From positions 9,902 to 46,636 of the forward strand of contig NW_025214577.1 in NCBI RefSeq assembly GCF_004010195.1: a DNA stretch of 36,735 bases. The letters are read 5' to 3'. This document shows positions 34,301-36,735 of the stretch, in pieces. A model generated the notes under the pieces. That model was not told the DNA's origin. It saw only the letters and a program-made list of their open reading frames with translations, and made no database searches. The position numbers and the translations under genes were made by a program. Source of the stretch: Chiloscyllium plagiosum (Eukaryota). Numbering within the stretch: position 1 is the stretch's first letter; the number at the start of each line of letters is the position of its first letter.

Positions 34301-36275
34301 TGACCCCTTAAAGATCAATGGGGCCATCCATAATTGGAACAGCTGTTAATGGGTAAGATCCTAAAAGAAAATTTCACGTCAGAACTTACCGTGGCGAAAG
34401 ACTGGGGAACGTAGATATAAACAGTGATGTGTTCAAAGCAATTTACAATGGAGGACAGGAGGTGCTGGATGTTTTAAAACGCATAAAAAATAGACAAACA
34501 CGTGGGAACTTATCAAGTCTGTTCAAGGACATTATGGGAAGCTAGGGAATCACATACTGCCACGGGTGGTGAGCTGGAAGCCTCGAAGGTGACTAATGTT
34601 GTGCCAGTATTTAAGAAAGGCTGTGAGGGAAAGCAACGTACAGAAACACCAATTAGCTTGATGTCAGTGGTGTGAATGCTGTTGGAAGCGATTCTGAGGT
34701 ACAGGAGTTGCTTGCGTTTGGAAAGGCAACGATTGATCAGGGAGACTCAGCACAACTTTGTGCATAAAAATAGTGTCTCTCTGACTTGACTGCTTTTGTT
34801 GCGGTGATGGCCAAAAAGATTGATGAAGACAGAGCAATAAACGTTGCCTATATTGTTTACAGCAAGCCCTTTGACAAGGTGTTGAAGGGTACATTGGTTA
34901 GTATGGTTAGATCACATGGGATCAGGGAGGGCGAGCGAAGTGGGTACACAATTGGCTTGAGAACAGGAGATAGAGGATGGTGAGAGCAGGTTGTGGAGGC
35001 CTGTGACCAGCGGTGTGCCGGAAGGAGCAGTGTTATGTCCACTGTTGGGCATCATTTAAACAAACGATTCATTGTTAATCATATTGTGGATGACAGAATT
35101 AGTGTGAAAGTGAGCAGTGAATGCAGTTATCGAGAGGGATAAGCAATGAATGATGGAATTGAATTCAGTTGTTGGATTTTGTTAAGACTGGGCAGTTTTG
35201 TTGAACAGAGAGAGACCAAGGGGTGCAGTTATATTGTTCCTTGGAAGTGACATCACAAGTGTACAGGATGGTGAAAGAGGCATTTGGTACACCTGCCCTC
35301 ATGGGTCAGACATTTTTGTACATGAGTTGGCAAATCATGCGATAACTGTACAAGACATTGCTGGGTCTCAATTCGGAGTACTGTGGAGAATTCTTATCAT
35401 CCTGCTTTAGGAAGCATTTTTTTGAAACTGTAAATGAAGCAAAGATTGACAAAGATATTACTGATACAGGAGGGTTTGACTAACAAGGAGCAGCTGGAAA
35501 AACTGGAAAGTAAAACGGGGGGATGAGACAGCTTTGGCAGATAAGCTTAAGGAAAATCCAAAGAGATTCTACGGCATACATGTATAAACAAGTAGCTAGA
35601 GAGACAACAGGCCCCTCAACGATCAATGACGCCATCCATGTGTGCAACCACAGGAGATGTGCGAAAGCCTAAATGAATATTTTATGTCAGAACGTCCTGT
35701 GGACCAAGACTTGGAAACAAATGGAAAGAAACAGCGATGTCTTAAAAACGGTCCCCATTACGGAAGAGGTGGTGCTGCAGGTTTTACAACACAAAGGTAG
35801 AGAAAGTCCAAGGTATTGAACAAGTGCATCCCAGAACATTGTGGCAAAGTCGTGGCGGGGACCTGAACAGAGATATTTATATGGTTGTCCTTCATGTTTG
35901 CATTTGGCATCGATAGCCGAGGGTTGTCCTTATAAAGTTTTACAATACCATGAGGGGAATGCGTAAGGTGAACAACCAAAGACTTTACCCCAGTTTGGGA
36001 AGACCATAGCTGGTGAGAATGAATATGAGGTGAGCGAGGAGATTCGGAAAAGGGATTGGAGGAGATCATTTTCCACACAGAGAATGGTGCACGTACTGAA
36101 TGAGCTGCCAGGGGAAGTGGTAGAGAAAACAGGTATAAGACATTAGGGCAGATACATGGAGAGGAGAAGGTTTAAGGGATATGGGCCAGATGCAGCCAAA
36201 TGCGACTCGTTCAGTTGAGGAACAGTGGTTGGCACGGACAAGTTGGATGCCTTGTTTCTGTGCTGCATGACTCTG
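31340..36275 (+). mobile_element. Cluster of heavily decayed, internally deleted CR1 ORF2 fragments (RT piece, EN-RT stretch, final 3' end near 36270)
   Basis: Degenerate EN start near 31800, VTNVVPVFKK-like, KKIDEDRAINVAYIVYSKPFDKV, and a 3' UTR GGTTTAAGGGATATGGGCCAGATGC..GTTTCTGTGCTGCATGACTCT. Confidence 0.78.
32261..35244 (+). repeat. Tandem duplication, unit ~1.49 kb (32261-33760 and 33759-35244), of decayed CR1 sequence
   Basis: Near-identical copies. Copy 2 lacks 13 bp near 34140. There is GG microhomology at the junction. Confidence 0.96.
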
Positions 36276-36354
36276 TCGTTAGTTATTGGAGGAGTGTAGA
36301 CAGTGAAGAAAATTACAGCAATAGAGATGCTAGTCTAGTTTGTGGTACGTTTTG

Positions 36355-36660
36355 TGGCTCGGCACGGTGGCCTAACAATGCCAGGGCCCCGGGTTTGATA
36401 CCAGCCTCGGGTGACTGCCTCTGTAGAGTTTGCACTTTTTCCCTGGGTCTGTGTGGCATTGCTCCGGTTTCCTCCCAAGGCCAAAGATGGGCAGGTTCGA
36501 TGAATTGGCTGTGAATTGGTAAGTTGCCCAAGATATGTAAGTGAGGTGCATTAGTCAGGGGTAAATATAAGTTCGGCGGAATGTGTCTTGGTGGGTTAGT
36601 CTCCCGTCTGTTATGTGGAATTGTTGGGTTGAAGGGCCGGTTTTCACACTGTAAAGATTT
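36355..36660 (+). mobile_element. Old, diverged HE1-like V-SINE
   Basis: Head GGCACGGTGG..CCCGGGTTTGATACCAGCC, V-domain GCTCCGGTTTCCTCCCAAGGCCAAAGATG, and tail TTGTTGGGTTGAAGGGCCGGTTTTCACACTGTA. Confidence 0.85.
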
Positions 36661-36735
36661 TGTTTAAAAAGATGTGGAGGCCCTACAGGGAATAAAGGAG
36701 ATTACAGGGACAGGACCTGCTAGAGGAAATTAAAA

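Overview
Repeat-dense eukaryotic DNA, almost certainly from a shark or ray (HE1-type V-SINEs and elasmobranch-style CR1 LINEs; this is inference). It has six assembly gaps: 9495-9671, 12209-12748, 14354-14682, 19356-19833, 21053-21692 and 24047-24923. No intact host gene is evident. From left to right: (1) two CR1 LINE 5' ends lie head-to-head, the second a near full-length element with an intact ORF1 (zinc finger, coiled coil, SGNH esterase) and a disrupted ORF2 (APE endonuclease and RT). (2) A ~31-bp purine-rich satellite runs from ~6.6 to 22.4 kb. (3) A complete but decayed ~7.9-kb class I, HERV-I/HERV-IP-like provirus (LTR-gag-pol-env-LTR, minus strand) is inserted in the satellite. (4) The right third is old CR1 debris, SINEs and two ~1.5-kb tandem duplications, one carrying a possible three-exon gene relic. 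The most interesting signal is an in-phase T_TTA_AAC slippery heptamer at the CR1 ORF1/ORF2 overlap, which predicts a -1 ribosomal frameshift and an ORF1-ORF2 fusion protein. The next is a splice-site and hairpin cassette shared by the 5' UTRs of the two divergent CR1 elements. All coordinates and identities are hand-derived.
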